From Bacillota bacterium (GTDB taxonomy: Bacteria; Bacillota; Clostridia; Saccharofermentanales; DTU023): a DNA stretch of 64,000 nucleotides. A program made the position numbers and the translations under genes. Positions 38,962 to 49,598 of the stretch are shown here, piece by piece. Under the pieces are notes generated by a model. It saw only the letters and a list, made by a program, of their open reading frames with translations, had not been told where the DNA came from and searched no databases. The stretch lies in the NCBI GenBank assembly GCA_023426575.1, contig JAFAAL010000012.1, positions 2,147 to 66,146 on the forward strand, written 5' to 3'. Within the stretch, counting starts at the first letter, position 1. Every line of letters begins with the position of its first letter.

Positions 38962-39908
38962 ATTTGAACGCTGCTGCTTTTAAGCAATTGTGTAACAGGA
39001 TTGAACAAAATATCAATCGCATTATGATCGGCAAGTCCGAAGTGATTGAATATCTCTTGATTGCCCTTGCGGCAGGAGGCCATGTGCTCATCGAGGACGT
39101 GCCGGGCATAGGCAAGACCACCCTAGTCTCTGCTCTCGCCAAGACGCTCGACCTCAGTTTTAAGCGCATTCAGTTTACACCTGATCTGATGCCCTCTGAT
39201 GTCACAGGCTTCTCTTTATATAATCAGAAGACGATGGAATTTGAGTTCCAGCCGGGAGCCGTCATGGCCCAGTTGATTCTGGCTGACGAGATCAACCGAA
39301 CGTCCCCCAAGACGCAGTCGGCTCTCTTGGAGGTCATGCAAGAACAGCAGGTCACTGTCGATGGTATCACTTACCCTCTGCCACAGCCGTTTTTGGTTAT
39401 GGCAACTCAAAACCCCGTCGAGCACCTCGGTACCTATCCTCTGCCTGAGGCTCAATTGGATCGCTTCATGCTCAAGATTAATCTCGGCTATCCCACGGTA
39501 GACGAAGAGGTGCGAATCATGCACCTCTATCGCGAGGCCAATCCGCTGGCCTATTTACAAGCCGTGGCCGAGGCCAAGGACATTCTCTGGATGCGTGAGC
39601 AGGCAAGGCTCGTCCACTGTGCAGATGCCGTCAAACGCTATATTGCCATGCTGACGTCTGCGACCCGTCAATTGCCAGCCGTCGAACTCGGGGCCTCACC
39701 TCGGGCCTCAATGATGCTGATGCAGGCTGCCAAGGGTCGAGCTCTCTTGCAGGGACGTGACTATGTGCGCCCCGATGATGTCCAGGCCCTCGCCGTTGCT
39801 ACTCTCGCCCATAGAATCACATTGAGCCCAGAGAGTAAGCTCAAGCGCGTCAGTGAAGAGAATTGTATTTACCAGGTTCTCGAACGAGTTCCTGTGCCTG
39901 AGAGATAA
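38958..39908 (+). CDS. MoxR-family AAA+ ATPase (AAA_3)
   Basis: GHVLIEDVPGIGKTTL Walker A, ILADEINRTSPKTQSALLEVMQE Walker B/sensor region, 316 aa. Confidence 0.92.
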   Translation: MNLNAAAFKQLCNRIEQNINRIMIGKSEVIEYLLIALAAGGHVLIEDVPGIGKTTLVSALAKTLDLSFKRIQFTPDLMPSDVTGFSLYNQKTMEFEFQPGAVMAQLILADEINRTSPKTQSALLEVMQEQQVTVDGITYPLPQPFLVMATQNPVEHLGTYPLPEAQLDRFMLKINLGYPTVDEEVRIMHLYREANPLAYLQAVAEAKDILWMREQARLVHCADAVKRYIAMLTSATRQLPAVELGASPRASMMLMQAAKGRALLQGRDYVRPDDVQALAVATLAHRITLSPESKLKRVSEENCIYQVLERVPVPER

Positions 39909-41122
39909 TGACGCTCCGCTTCTACATACATCTCGTCTTAATTCTGGCAGCGCTCATCCTCAACCATCTCGGCAAGTGGCCCTTTTTGCAGTCGGTCATT
40001 ATATTTCTCGCGCTCATTCCCATCATCTCACTCTTCTTTGGTTGGATCTTGAAGTCGCGTTTGCGCCTAGATCTAGAGACAGAGGCTGAGTTGGTGGAGA
40101 GGGGAGATCGGGCGACTTGGCTCATCCATCTGAAGAATCCGTCCTATTTTTTGCCTCTGGTCTGTGAGGCGAGGTTGCAGTCGGCCAAACTTTTTCCAGA
40201 TCAAGCACATATTGAGAGGCAGATTCAGATTCCAGCGAGAGGGGAGCGCCTCCTGCGCTTTGAGCACCTGGCTCGCCACTGTGGTCCTCTGGAACTGGCA
40301 GTTCTCGACATCTATGCCATGGATCCAGCTGCTTTTTTCCGCTTTCGCCTCACTCAATCTAAGAACCTAGAATCTCTCGACAAGATCTATGTCCTGCCGC
40401 AAAAGCAGGAAGTCACTCATAGAGAGCGTATGTCGGAGCAGGAGCTCGACCAAGGATCATTCATCGCCAAGAAGACCTTGTCAGAAATTGATGAGATTGA
40501 TCGGATGCGGCCCATGCAATCAGGAGATCGCCTGAGGTCCATTCACTGGAAGCTCTCCGCTCGAGTCAATGATTGGATGGTCAAACAATACGAGAAGGCA
40601 GAGGAGAGGCAGGTCCTATTTCTCTTTGATCTGCCAAAGGTCGATCCAGCCCTCTCCAGTCCGAATCGTGAGGCTGAGCTCTTCTTACGCGACACGATGT
40701 TGGAGCACTCTGCAGCTATCTGCCAAGCTTTTCTGGTTTTGGACTATATCGTTCATCTGCGCCTCCCCGACGTCTTGCCCAATCAATTTACTGCGAGGAA
40801 GTTATCAGATTTTGAGTTTTTACGCCAAGCTCTGGCCCAGATCCCCTGGAATCCGAATGATGCTTTGAGTCTCCAAGTCGAAGACGAATTACTGGACAAG
40901 GAGAAAAAATTGTTCGTGGTCGTCTGTCAGCATCTCGACTCTGACATCGTCAGTCGTCTGACCCTCCTCGAAAAGGAGAATGTCGCCTGTCTCATCGCCT
41001 ATTATCTGGACGCTCCACTCGATGCCGAACAGCGCTCTTATCTCCGGGAGTTGGAAGTCGGTGGATCTATGGTACGGCTTTTTAATCAATTCGGAGAGGA
41101 AATCGAGCATGCAGAGATCTAG
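39908..41122 (+). CDS. DUF58-family protein (MoxR partner, vWA-like)
   Basis: Two N-terminal TM helices. DUF58 signature MRPMQSGDRLRSIHWKLSARVNDWMVKQYE. TAATG overlap with moxR. Confidence 0.85.
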   Translation: MTLRFYIHLVLILAALILNHLGKWPFLQSVIIFLALIPIISLFFGWILKSRLRLDLETEAELVERGDRATWLIHLKNPSYFLPLVCEARLQSAKLFPDQAHIERQIQIPARGERLLRFEHLARHCGPLELAVLDIYAMDPAAFFRFRLTQSKNLESLDKIYVLPQKQEVTHRERMSEQELDQGSFIAKKTLSEIDEIDRMRPMQSGDRLRSIHWKLSARVNDWMVKQYEKAEERQVLFLFDLPKVDPALSSPNREAELFLRDTMLEHSAAICQAFLVLDYIVHLRLPDVLPNQFTARKLSDFEFLRQALAQIPWNPNDALSLQVEDELLDKEKKLFVVVCQHLDSDIVSRLTLLEKENVACLIAYYLDAPLDAEQRSYLRELEVGGSMVRLFNQFGEEIEHAEI

Positions 41123-43553
41123 TCAGCGCCGTACAAATCAAGAGACCCTCGATATCAAGGTCATCGACCCTCGAGTAAGGCTCGGCGCGCCTTCGAGACT
41201 TTTTCTCAGCCGCTTTCTTACGTTTTTAGCTCTTGCGATTCCAGCCCTCGCCCTCGCTCAGATCTGGCACGTCCTCGTCTGTCAGAATCTTGGAATTTCG
41301 ACGCTGGGCATGGGTGGATTGATCATCCAGGGTCTGTTGCTCTTAGCCTTCTTTGGTTTGGCCCTTTTTTCTTGGCGAGGTCAGGCGATCACAGTGGGCC
41401 TCTCCTTGCTCCTGGGACTTCTCTTTTTTATGCTGCCAGAGCTCTTTGGCTCGCGCGCTGTCGAGATCGTGGCAAATTTAGGACAGCAGCTTAGCGAGAG
41501 CGCCCTCTGGCTGGCTCATGCCCTCGGACTATTGGCCCATCGCCCTGAGCTGGCTCCCTCTCTCTTGAGTCCTCTGCTCTTAGTGCTGCTTTCGATTCTG
41601 TCCTATGTCCTCTTTCGCTTTTCTGCGCCGCGGCTGCTGCTCCTGGCTTTTATCAGTTCTTTTTTCTATCTAGGCGATTTTCAGGAGGGCATAGGGAGGA
41701 GTCAAATCTTGCTCTTTGCAGGTCTCTTCTGCATTGGACTCGTCTTCTTGTTTGCCAAACACAGACTGAGCGAGCGCGGGGCACTCGTGCAGGCGCCGCC
41801 GCTCATTCCAGTGGCCTTGATCCTCGTTGGGGTCATTGTGCTCTACCAGCTCTTGCCGCCGTTCAGCTTGCAAAATCAAAAGCTATACGATCGCTTAGAG
41901 TTTATACGTGAGCGCTTTAAACGCGAGGAGAAATTACCTGACACCATCAATTACTATGAATTTAGCCTCAAGGATCTTGGCTATTATCCGCAGCAAAACC
42001 GCCTCGGAGGTCCTGTCAACATTCTCGAAAAGCCCTACATGCGCTACGAGGGGCCGAGCCAGGCTACTTACCTTGCAGGGACGGTTTTCTCTGATTTTCA
42101 ACAAAATCAATGGCTGCCCTCTTCTATGGACCCCAATTTTATCTTCCGATCAGATGAGCCCGGTCGGGAGCAACGACGTGCTTTTTTCCTCGATGAGCAG
42201 AGCTATCCGACTGAGGTCAGGCAAAAATTCTCAGATCTTTCGGATGCGACTATCTGGCCTCTTGAACAACCTGTTCAAGTCATTTTTAATCCCAGCCGTG
42301 TCCTCAGCTTGGAAGAAGTGATTCGCCCTGCGTCTTCCGAGGAGCGACTACGCTATTTCTTCAACCGCTCGGCTCAGATCTATGCATCAATGGTTTTGCC
42401 AGAGACGGGCTATCGTCTGCGGGCGCATTTTCCTCGGCCTCTCAATCCGAGTGAACTCGAGCAGAACTTGCGCTCTGTGCTGCCTGAGGACCTGGATCTC
42501 AAGCCCTCCCGTCGCTATCAGGAGATTATGACGCAAGTTGACCCCGGCCTCGCTAAAATTGTCTATGACGAGGGGGGTAGTGATCTCGACCGCCTCGGCC
42601 GCCTGTTCCTGGCCAGAGACTACCTCTCCCGTCACTATCAATACACACTGCAACCCATTGTTCCTGGAGAAAACGAGGACTTCTTCGTCCACTTTATGAC
42701 GACTAAGGAGGGCTACTGCACTTACTTTGCCACAGCCATGACACTGATTGCCCGCGAGATGGGATTCAAGGCTCAGTACGTTGAGGGCGTTCTTGTGCGG
42801 GGTGTCTCGGACTTAGGTCTCGGTCGCTATGAGCGAGTCGTGAAGAACACCTCGGCCCACGCCTGGACGAGACTGGACTTGCCTAAGATCGGGGGCGTTA
42901 TCATCGATGCCATCCCTCAAGATGCCCTGGCCAAGCTCAGCCGTGACCAGGAGCGCGAAATCGATCCGCCTCCAAACAGTGAACCGAGCCAGACTGAAGC
43001 TCCACCTCCGACTGAGCCATCCGAGACTTCAGAGCCAGAACTCGAAGAGAGCAGTCCCAGCGAGAGTGAAAGTCCGACGCCTGAAGATGAAAGTTCATCC
43101 TTTCAGATGACGCCTTTTATCTGGGCACTGATATCGCTTTTCTTGATTTTATTGCTGATCGCCGCTCTGATTGGCTGGCGACTTCAGAACAGCCGTCGTC
43201 GACACGATCTCAAGTACCTGCGAGAGCGCTATGGGGCAGAAGAGAGCATCGTGCGAATCTGGCAGGACATGCAAAATCTCTTTGTCTTGGCGACAGCAGC
43301 GACGCTGCCGGTGAATGCCACAGTGCTCAGCACATACCGCTCCTTTGCGCAGAATTTTAGAAGTATAGACAGTCGACTGGCTGGAGCTGCTTTCTTGGCT
43401 TTTGAAAGAGCTTTCTATGGCCCAGAGATTCTGAGCGCCTCTGATCAGGAAGAGATTATGGCTTACTATGCCGAGATTGAAGAGGCCTACAAGGCATCGA
43501 CCTCTAGTCTGTCCTATTTCTGGCACCGTGTTCTGACGGGGCGGAGGGCGTAG
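41109..43553 (+). CDS. Transglutaminase-like membrane protein (TgpA/YebA-like)
   Basis: Multi-TM N-domain. Transglutaminase core EGYCTYFATAMTLIAREMGF...AHAWTRL (Cys-His). Pro/Glu/Ser-rich linker, TM helix, C-terminal helical domain. ATG 41109 overlaps the DUF58 end. Confidence 0.85.
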   Translation: MQRSSQRRTNQETLDIKVIDPRVRLGAPSRLFLSRFLTFLALAIPALALAQIWHVLVCQNLGISTLGMGGLIIQGLLLLAFFGLALFSWRGQAITVGLSLLLGLLFFMLPELFGSRAVEIVANLGQQLSESALWLAHALGLLAHRPELAPSLLSPLLLVLLSILSYVLFRFSAPRLLLLAFISSFFYLGDFQEGIGRSQILLFAGLFCIGLVFLFAKHRLSERGALVQAPPLIPVALILVGVIVLYQLLPPFSLQNQKLYDRLEFIRERFKREEKLPDTINYYEFSLKDLGYYPQQNRLGGPVNILEKPYMRYEGPSQATYLAGTVFSDFQQNQWLPSSMDPNFIFRSDEPGREQRRAFFLDEQSYPTEVRQKFSDLSDATIWPLEQPVQVIFNPSRVLSLEEVIRPASSEERLRYFFNRSAQIYASMVLPETGYRLRAHFPRPLNPSELEQNLRSVLPEDLDLKPSRRYQEIMTQVDPGLAKIVYDEGGSDLDRLGRLFLARDYLSRHYQYTLQPIVPGENEDFFVHFMTTKEGYCTYFATAMTLIAREMGFKAQYVEGVLVRGVSDLGLGRYERVVKNTSAHAWTRLDLPKIGGVIIDAIPQDALAKLSRDQEREIDPPPNSEPSQTEAPPPTEPSETSEPELEESSPSESESPTPEDESSSFQMTPFIWALISLFLILLLIAALIGWRLQNSRRRHDLKYLRERYGAEESIVRIWQDMQNLFVLATAATLPVNATVLSTYRSFAQNFRSIDSRLAGAAFLAFERAFYGPEILSASDQEEIMAYYAEIEEAYKASTSSLSYFWHRVLTGRRA

Positions 43554-43581
43554 AGAGCAGTACTTGTGATAAACTAGGAGC

Positions 43582-45069
43582 ATGAGTAAACAGCAGCGGG
43601 AATTTGACCTTGAAAGCACGAGGGCTGAACAGCAATTGTCGATCAGAGAGGGCCGGCGGCTTCGCTACTTTGTTCAGACCTTTGGCTGTCAGCAAAACGA
43701 AAATGATTCAGAGAAGATTGCCGGTATTTTAGAGTGTCTGGGCTTCTTGCCGGCTTTAAGTTATACAGAAGCAGATCTGATCCTGATTAATTCTTGTTCG
43801 ATTCGTGAGAATGCAGATGATCGACTCTTCGGGCATTTAGGCATGTTGAAACAGGCCTATGAGGACAGTGGGCGTCAACTGCTGATCGGCGTCTGTGGCT
43901 GTATGGTGACCCGACCTCAACTGGTAACAAAGATCAAAGAGAGCTATCCCCAGGTCCGGCTCCTGATGACACCGCAAGAAATTCATGAGCTGCCCAAAAA
44001 GCTAATTGAGGTCTATAGGGGAGAGGGAACTGCGCTAGAGACATCTATGGATGAGGTCATCGTCGAGGGGATCCCACAAGAGCGAGAGCGTCGTTTCCGT
44101 GCGCTGCTCTCCATTATGTACGGTTGTAACCATTTTTGCTCGTATTGTGTCGTGCCATTTGCCCGTGGCAGGCAGCGCTCTAGGCGCGCTCATGATATTC
44201 TTGCCGAAGCCTCTGAACTGGCAGCTTCAGGCTTCACGGAATTGATGCTCTTGGGTCAAAATGTCAATGCTTGGGGTCTCGATCATGGGGCTGCCGATCT
44301 ACGCTTTGCGCGCGGTCGAAATCGCTCAGATCTCATCCGAGCCCACGAGGAGAGTGCAGAGCCTAAGACATTCCCTGAATTGCTCGCCGCTCTGGCGGCC
44401 ATCCCTGGCATACGCTGCATTCGCTACATGTCTCCGCACCCGAGGGACTTTACGCCCCAGATGATCGATGCTCTGGCGCTCTTTCCAGAGATTGAATCTC
44501 GACTTCACCTCCCTCTGCAATCGGGTTCAGACCGTATCCTCCGAGCCATGCGTCGTGGCTATAAGCTGCATGAGTACAGGGCTCTCGTCCAGGCGGCACG
44601 CGAGGCCAGGCCCGATCTCGCGCTGACGACGGATATCATCGTTGCCTTCCCAGGTGAGAGCGAATCAGATTTTGAGGCAACATTGTCGGCTGTCGAAGAA
44701 TTTGCTTTCCAATCTGCCTATACCTTTATCTTTTCGCCGAGGCCTGGCACTCCTGCCGCCCATCTGCCCGAAATTCCAGCGCCTATTGCCAGTGCTCGCT
44801 TCCAAAAACTTCTGGCCCTTCAGAATCGGCTCACCGCAGAGTCCTACTCTGCCCGTGTCGGTAAGACTGTCGAGGTCCTGGTCGAGGGGGCCAGCCGACA
44901 GAATCCAAGCATCTTTACAGCCCGTGACCACGCCTTCTACCTCTATAACCTCGAATTGTGTGAAAATGCGCTGCAGGAGGGAGATCGGCTCGATGTCCTC
45001 GTCACCGAGGCCCGTGCTTTCTCTGCCCTCGCCAGACCTCTTGAACGAGTGAGGGTAGGGGAATGTTAA
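43582..45069 (+). CDS. miaB: tRNA-i6A37 methylthiotransferase
   Basis: UPF0004 N-domain FVQTFGCQQNENDSE, radical-SAM CNHFCSYC, TRAM C-domain. Confidence 0.9.
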   Translation: MSKQQREFDLESTRAEQQLSIREGRRLRYFVQTFGCQQNENDSEKIAGILECLGFLPALSYTEADLILINSCSIRENADDRLFGHLGMLKQAYEDSGRQLLIGVCGCMVTRPQLVTKIKESYPQVRLLMTPQEIHELPKKLIEVYRGEGTALETSMDEVIVEGIPQERERRFRALLSIMYGCNHFCSYCVVPFARGRQRSRRAHDILAEASELAASGFTELMLLGQNVNAWGLDHGAADLRFARGRNRSDLIRAHEESAEPKTFPELLAALAAIPGIRCIRYMSPHPRDFTPQMIDALALFPEIESRLHLPLQSGSDRILRAMRRGYKLHEYRALVQAAREARPDLALTTDIIVAFPGESESDFEATLSAVEEFAFQSAYTFIFSPRPGTPAAHLPEIPAPIASARFQKLLALQNRLTAESYSARVGKTVEVLVEGASRQNPSIFTARDHAFYLYNLELCENALQEGDRLDVLVTEARAFSALARPLERVRVGEC

Positions 45070-47672
45070 AGCTATCTGAGATCCAGATTGATCAACTGTC
45101 TCCCATGATGAAGCAGTATGCGAGTCTGAGGGAGGCTCATCCCGATTGTCTTCTCTTCTTTAGGCTCGGCGACTTCTATGAGCTCTTCTTCGAAGATGCT
45201 GTCTTAGTCGCCAAAGAACTTGACTTAACTCTAACAGGGCGTGAGTGTGGGCTGAGTGAACGGGCTCCCATGGCAGGAGTGCCTTATCATTCCGTTGATT
45301 CGTATCTTTTTCGCCTTCTGCGTAAGGGCTATAAAATTGCGATCTGTGAACAGACGGAGGATCCCGCTCAGGCACAGGGCCTGGTCCAACGTGATGTCGT
45401 CCGCATTTTGACGCCAGGCACAGTCACGGCAGATGAACTTCTCGAGGCCAAGCGAGAGAGCTGGCTCATGGCCATCGTTAAGCGGGATCGCTACTATGGC
45501 ATCGCCGCGCTCGACATGGCTTCTGGCCGTACGCAGACTAGGAATCTCTTTTCCGAGGACGCCTCCGTCGTTCTCCAAGATGAGATTTTGAGGTTGCAGC
45601 CTCGAGAGATTCTCATGGACGAAGACTGGCAGCTCGATCGTGCCCAAGAGCGTGTTCTGGAGCGCCTGAAGATTCGTCTGACGCAGAGGCCCTCCGGAGA
45701 TTTTCAGACGCTGCTCGATGATTCCCGCCTCGCGCCTGCGAGCCCTGGAGAGCTCTGGCCCGCCGCAGCAGCTGCCCTCATTCGCTATCTTGAGCAGACA
45801 CAGTTCCAATGGCCGCGCCATATGCAGCGTTTTGAGCCAGAAGCTGACATTGCCCGCCTCAAGATGGACGGCAACTGTCGATTGAACCTCGAGTTGACAG
45901 AGACCATTTGGGAGCGCAAGTATAGAGGAAGTCTCCTCCACTGTATGGACTACTGTGTCACGGCGATGGGAAGTCGCATGTTGCGTCGCGAACTGGAGGA
46001 GCCACCAGCTGATCTAGAGCTCATTCGCTCTCGACAGACAGCTGTCGCCGAGTGGGTCGCCGCCTTCATCCCACGTCAAAATCTCCGTGAGATCCTACGC
46101 GGCTTCATCGATCTCGAGCGCTTGAGTGCCAAGATTGCCATGCAGCGACTGAGTCCTCGCGACCTCATTGCCATTGCGGAAACACATGCGAGAATCGTCT
46201 CCGTTCAGACGATCATGACGGAGCTTAAGGCTGAGATCAATGTCCATCTCGCCCAGAATTTGACCGCTTATTCGGCTTTGGCCGACTTTATCCAAAGTGC
46301 TATTGTCCCAGAACCGCCTCCGCATAGCCGAGAAGGGGGACTGATCCGAGAGGGATTTTCCCCGCGTCTCGATGAGCTGCGTGAATTGGCTCATGGGGGC
46401 CGTTCTCGCCTTCTAGAGCTTGAGGAAGAGGCGCGTGAGAACTCGGGCATCAAAAAGCTCAAGGTTGGCTATAATCGCGTCTTCGGCTATTATTTCGAGG
46501 TCCCGAAGAGCCAGAGTCAGGAGATGCCCGATTCATTTACACGGCGGCAGACCCTCAGGAATTCGGAACGCTTTGTCAATCAAGAACTCAAAGCCCTCGA
46601 AGAGGAGATCATCGGAGCCGAAGCAGAAGCTCTCGAATTAGAGCAAGAGCTCTTCATTGAGGTTTGCCGGGCCATCGAGGAGGAACTCTTACTCTTCCGT
46701 CAGAATGCTGAGAGCCTGATGACGATTGACTTTCTCTCTGCCCTGGCTGAATTGGCAGAGCGGCATCACTATGTGCAACCTGAGCTGAGCCTCGATCCCA
46801 TTCTGGACATTCAGGGCGGTCGCCATCCAGTTGTCGAGCAGAGTCTAGAGGAGCAGAGCTTTGTGCCCAACGACCTCGTCATTGATGACAAAGAGCGCAT
46901 CCTCGTGCTCACGGGGCCGAACATGGCTGGAAAGTCGACTTATTTGAGGCAGACGGCGCTCTTGACGATCATGGCGCATCTCGGCTCATTTGTTCCTGCC
47001 AAGCGGGCCGTCATTGGCCTCTGCGATCAAATATTTACGCGTATTGGCGCCGCGGATAATCTCAGCAAGGGGCAGTCGACCTTTATGATTGAGATGCTGG
47101 AGCTCGCGACAATTTTACAGAAGATGAGTTCGAATTCTCTTCTCATTCTCGATGAGATAGGGAGGGGGACGTCCACATTTGACGGTCTGGCCATCGCCTG
47201 GGCTGTTCTAGAACATCTCGCAAATCAGGGACAGCTGGCTGCGAGAACCCTCTTTGCCACGCATTATCACGAGCTCTGCGATCTCGAGAGTGAGGTTCCA
47301 GCGCTCTTCAATGCGCATCTCACTGTCGATACTCAGGGCCAGGAATTGCGCTTTTTACACCAAGTAGAGCTCGGCCCCTCGAGTGATTCCTACGGCATTG
47401 AAGTGGCTCGGCTCGCAGGTGTTCCCGATTCGCTAATTGCCAGAGCCGATGTTATTTTGGCGGATCTCGAGCGCAGTCACAATGGCAAGCGCATCAAGCG
47501 GGCCAAACATCAAGAGCTACCAGGGCAGATGGGCTTTGGACTCGAGACGCGGCACTCCCGCGTCGAGCAGGAGGTTTTAAAATTAATACGCACGGTAGAC
47601 ATCAATACGCTGAGACCTATAGAAGGGCTGCAGTGGCTCTGTGAACTGCAGGGGAGACTGAAGGAGGAGTAG
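45063..47672 (+). CDS. mutS: DNA mismatch repair protein MutS
   Basis: SPMMKQY N-terminus, Walker A GPNMAGKST, STFMIEM, DEIGRGTSTFDG. Confidence 0.96.
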   Translation: MLKLSEIQIDQLSPMMKQYASLREAHPDCLLFFRLGDFYELFFEDAVLVAKELDLTLTGRECGLSERAPMAGVPYHSVDSYLFRLLRKGYKIAICEQTEDPAQAQGLVQRDVVRILTPGTVTADELLEAKRESWLMAIVKRDRYYGIAALDMASGRTQTRNLFSEDASVVLQDEILRLQPREILMDEDWQLDRAQERVLERLKIRLTQRPSGDFQTLLDDSRLAPASPGELWPAAAAALIRYLEQTQFQWPRHMQRFEPEADIARLKMDGNCRLNLELTETIWERKYRGSLLHCMDYCVTAMGSRMLRRELEEPPADLELIRSRQTAVAEWVAAFIPRQNLREILRGFIDLERLSAKIAMQRLSPRDLIAIAETHARIVSVQTIMTELKAEINVHLAQNLTAYSALADFIQSAIVPEPPPHSREGGLIREGFSPRLDELRELAHGGRSRLLELEEEARENSGIKKLKVGYNRVFGYYFEVPKSQSQEMPDSFTRRQTLRNSERFVNQELKALEEEIIGAEAEALELEQELFIEVCRAIEEELLLFRQNAESLMTIDFLSALAELAERHHYVQPELSLDPILDIQGGRHPVVEQSLEEQSFVPNDLVIDDKERILVLTGPNMAGKSTYLRQTALLTIMAHLGSFVPAKRAVIGLCDQIFTRIGAADNLSKGQSTFMIEMLELATILQKMSSNSLLILDEIGRGTSTFDGLAIAWAVLEHLANQGQLAARTLFATHYHELCDLESEVPALFNAHLTVDTQGQELRFLHQVELGPSSDSYGIEVARLAGVPDSLIARADVILADLERSHNGKRIKRAKHQELPGQMGFGLETRHSRVEQEVLKLIRTVDINTLRPIEGLQWLCELQGRLKEE

Positions 47673-47675
47673 TGC

Positions 47676-49598
47676 ATGTCGGAGATGAAGAAGATTCAGG
47701 TTCTGTCCACTCAGACGGCAGATGCGATCGCCGCTGGTGAGGTCGTAGAGCGGCCTGCAAGTGTCGTCAAGGAACTCGTTGAGAATGCACTAGATGCCTC
47801 TGCAAGCAAAATCGAAATTGAGATTCGCTCGGGGGGCATTAAGAAGATTCGCGTTGTCGACAACGGCTATGGCATCCCTGCGGACGACGCTCCACTGGCC
47901 TTTTTACGCTTTAGCACTTCGAAAATCCGCAGTCTCGATGATCTCGATACAATTTCGAGCATGGGATTTAGAGGGGAGGCCCTCGCTTCCATTGCCGCAG
48001 TGAGCAAGGTCCAGTTGACGACCCGTACAGCAGAGGCCGAGGCAGCCATTTCCCTGCAGCTCGAGGCTTCGGAGCTGATCTCAGCTGGCTACGTCGGGGC
48101 CCCCGTTGGGACGAGCATAGAAGTTTCAGAGCTCTTCTATAACACGCCAGCACGCTTTAAATTTTTGAAGTCTGATCAATCCGAGGCGTCCTATGTTACA
48201 GATATCGTCTCTAAGATGGCTCTAGCCCACCCTGAGGTCAGTTTTCGACTGCTCAGCGATGGCAAGGAAGTCTTGCAAACACCGGGTAACAACGACCTGC
48301 GCTCTGTCATCTACCTCCTCTGGGGCAAGGAAGTCGCGCAGGGTATGCACGAGGTCCGCGCCGAGAAGGACGGAGTCAAATTACATGGTCTGCTCGCTAG
48401 AGCCGATCTTTCGCGCCACAACCGCTCACGTCAAGTATTCTTTGTCAATCATCGCTATATTCACTCGGACCTCTTGCGACAGGCCGTGGAGGAAGCTGGG
48501 AAGACATGGTTTATGAAGGGCCGGCACGCACAGTGTGTGCTCTTCCTCGATATGCCTGCCAGCGCCGTCGACGTCAATGTTCATCCTCAGAAGACTGAGG
48601 TGCGCTTTGCTGAGGAGAGGAAAATCTTCAGCCTCCTCTATCATGCCATCCGCGATCGCCTAGAGGGGATCTCGCTCTTTCCCGAGGCCTCATTCAAAAG
48701 CACTGAGCGCTCCATGCAATCTTCCACAGCGCCGAGTACAGAGCGCCATGAAAATCAAAACCTTCAAATCTCGCCACCTCGTTTAGAGCCAAACAAAGCG
48801 ATGCAGCAGCGCCACTTCGAAGAGACGGGCGAAAGGACCGTGCCAAACTTGGCGCCGAGCCCCGCTCTCGATTGGCAAAGACTCGTCGGCGAGGAACAAT
48901 TTGCCTATATGAGTCATCGCGAGGCGAGGCAAGGAGCAGAAGATGGGTCAAAAGAGAGTCCAGAACTAAATGAGGACATTCTCTTACAAAGTGATCCAGA
49001 GCTACAATCTCTGCTGAACGCTCGACTGATTGGCCAGCTCTTTGCGACATATATTCTCTTAGAAGGGGAGAGCGAGCTCATCTTAATCGACCAACACGCT
49101 GCTCATGAACGTATCCTCTACGAGCAATTCCGAGCGGCGCGCCTCGCTCGGCGGCAAGATCCCCCCAAGATTGAAACCCTCCTGACACCTCTTCAGGTCG
49201 ACTTGAGTTTATCTGAAATTCGCGCGGCAGAGCAGTACGCCGGTGAGCTTGCTGCTGAGGGCTTTGGACTCAGTATTCTCGGGCCAGAGACAGCGGTCAT
49301 TCGAGAGCAACCGTACACGATCAATGAGCGTCTAAACGCTGTGGCCGTGCTGCGGGAGATTCTGGCAAAGCTTGAGAAGCATCAGGGGAATCTATCCGAA
49401 GTCGGCGACGAACTCGATCACACATATGCCTGTAAAGCTGCGATCAAGGCACATGATGTCCTCTCTTATGAGGAGATGAAAAATCTCATTCTCCAGCTCT
49501 CGGCTTGTCAGAACGCCTATCACTGTCCTCACGGTCGCCCCGTGGTGACTAAGATTAGCCGATACGAAGTCGAAAAGCTCTTTAAGCGGGTTGTCTGA
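47676..49598 (+). CDS. mutL: DNA mismatch repair protein MutL
   Basis: GHKL ATPase AAGEVVERPASVVKELVENALDA, DNGYGI, C-terminal QHAAHERILYE. Confidence 0.95.
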   Translation: MSEMKKIQVLSTQTADAIAAGEVVERPASVVKELVENALDASASKIEIEIRSGGIKKIRVVDNGYGIPADDAPLAFLRFSTSKIRSLDDLDTISSMGFRGEALASIAAVSKVQLTTRTAEAEAAISLQLEASELISAGYVGAPVGTSIEVSELFYNTPARFKFLKSDQSEASYVTDIVSKMALAHPEVSFRLLSDGKEVLQTPGNNDLRSVIYLLWGKEVAQGMHEVRAEKDGVKLHGLLARADLSRHNRSRQVFFVNHRYIHSDLLRQAVEEAGKTWFMKGRHAQCVLFLDMPASAVDVNVHPQKTEVRFAEERKIFSLLYHAIRDRLEGISLFPEASFKSTERSMQSSTAPSTERHENQNLQISPPRLEPNKAMQQRHFEETGERTVPNLAPSPALDWQRLVGEEQFAYMSHREARQGAEDGSKESPELNEDILLQSDPELQSLLNARLIGQLFATYILLEGESELILIDQHAAHERILYEQFRAARLARRQDPPKIETLLTPLQVDLSLSEIRAAEQYAGELAAEGFGLSILGPETAVIREQPYTINERLNAVAVLREILAKLEKHQGNLSEVGDELDHTYACKAAIKAHDVLSYEEMKNLILQLSACQNAYHCPHGRPVVTKISRYEVEKLFKRVV

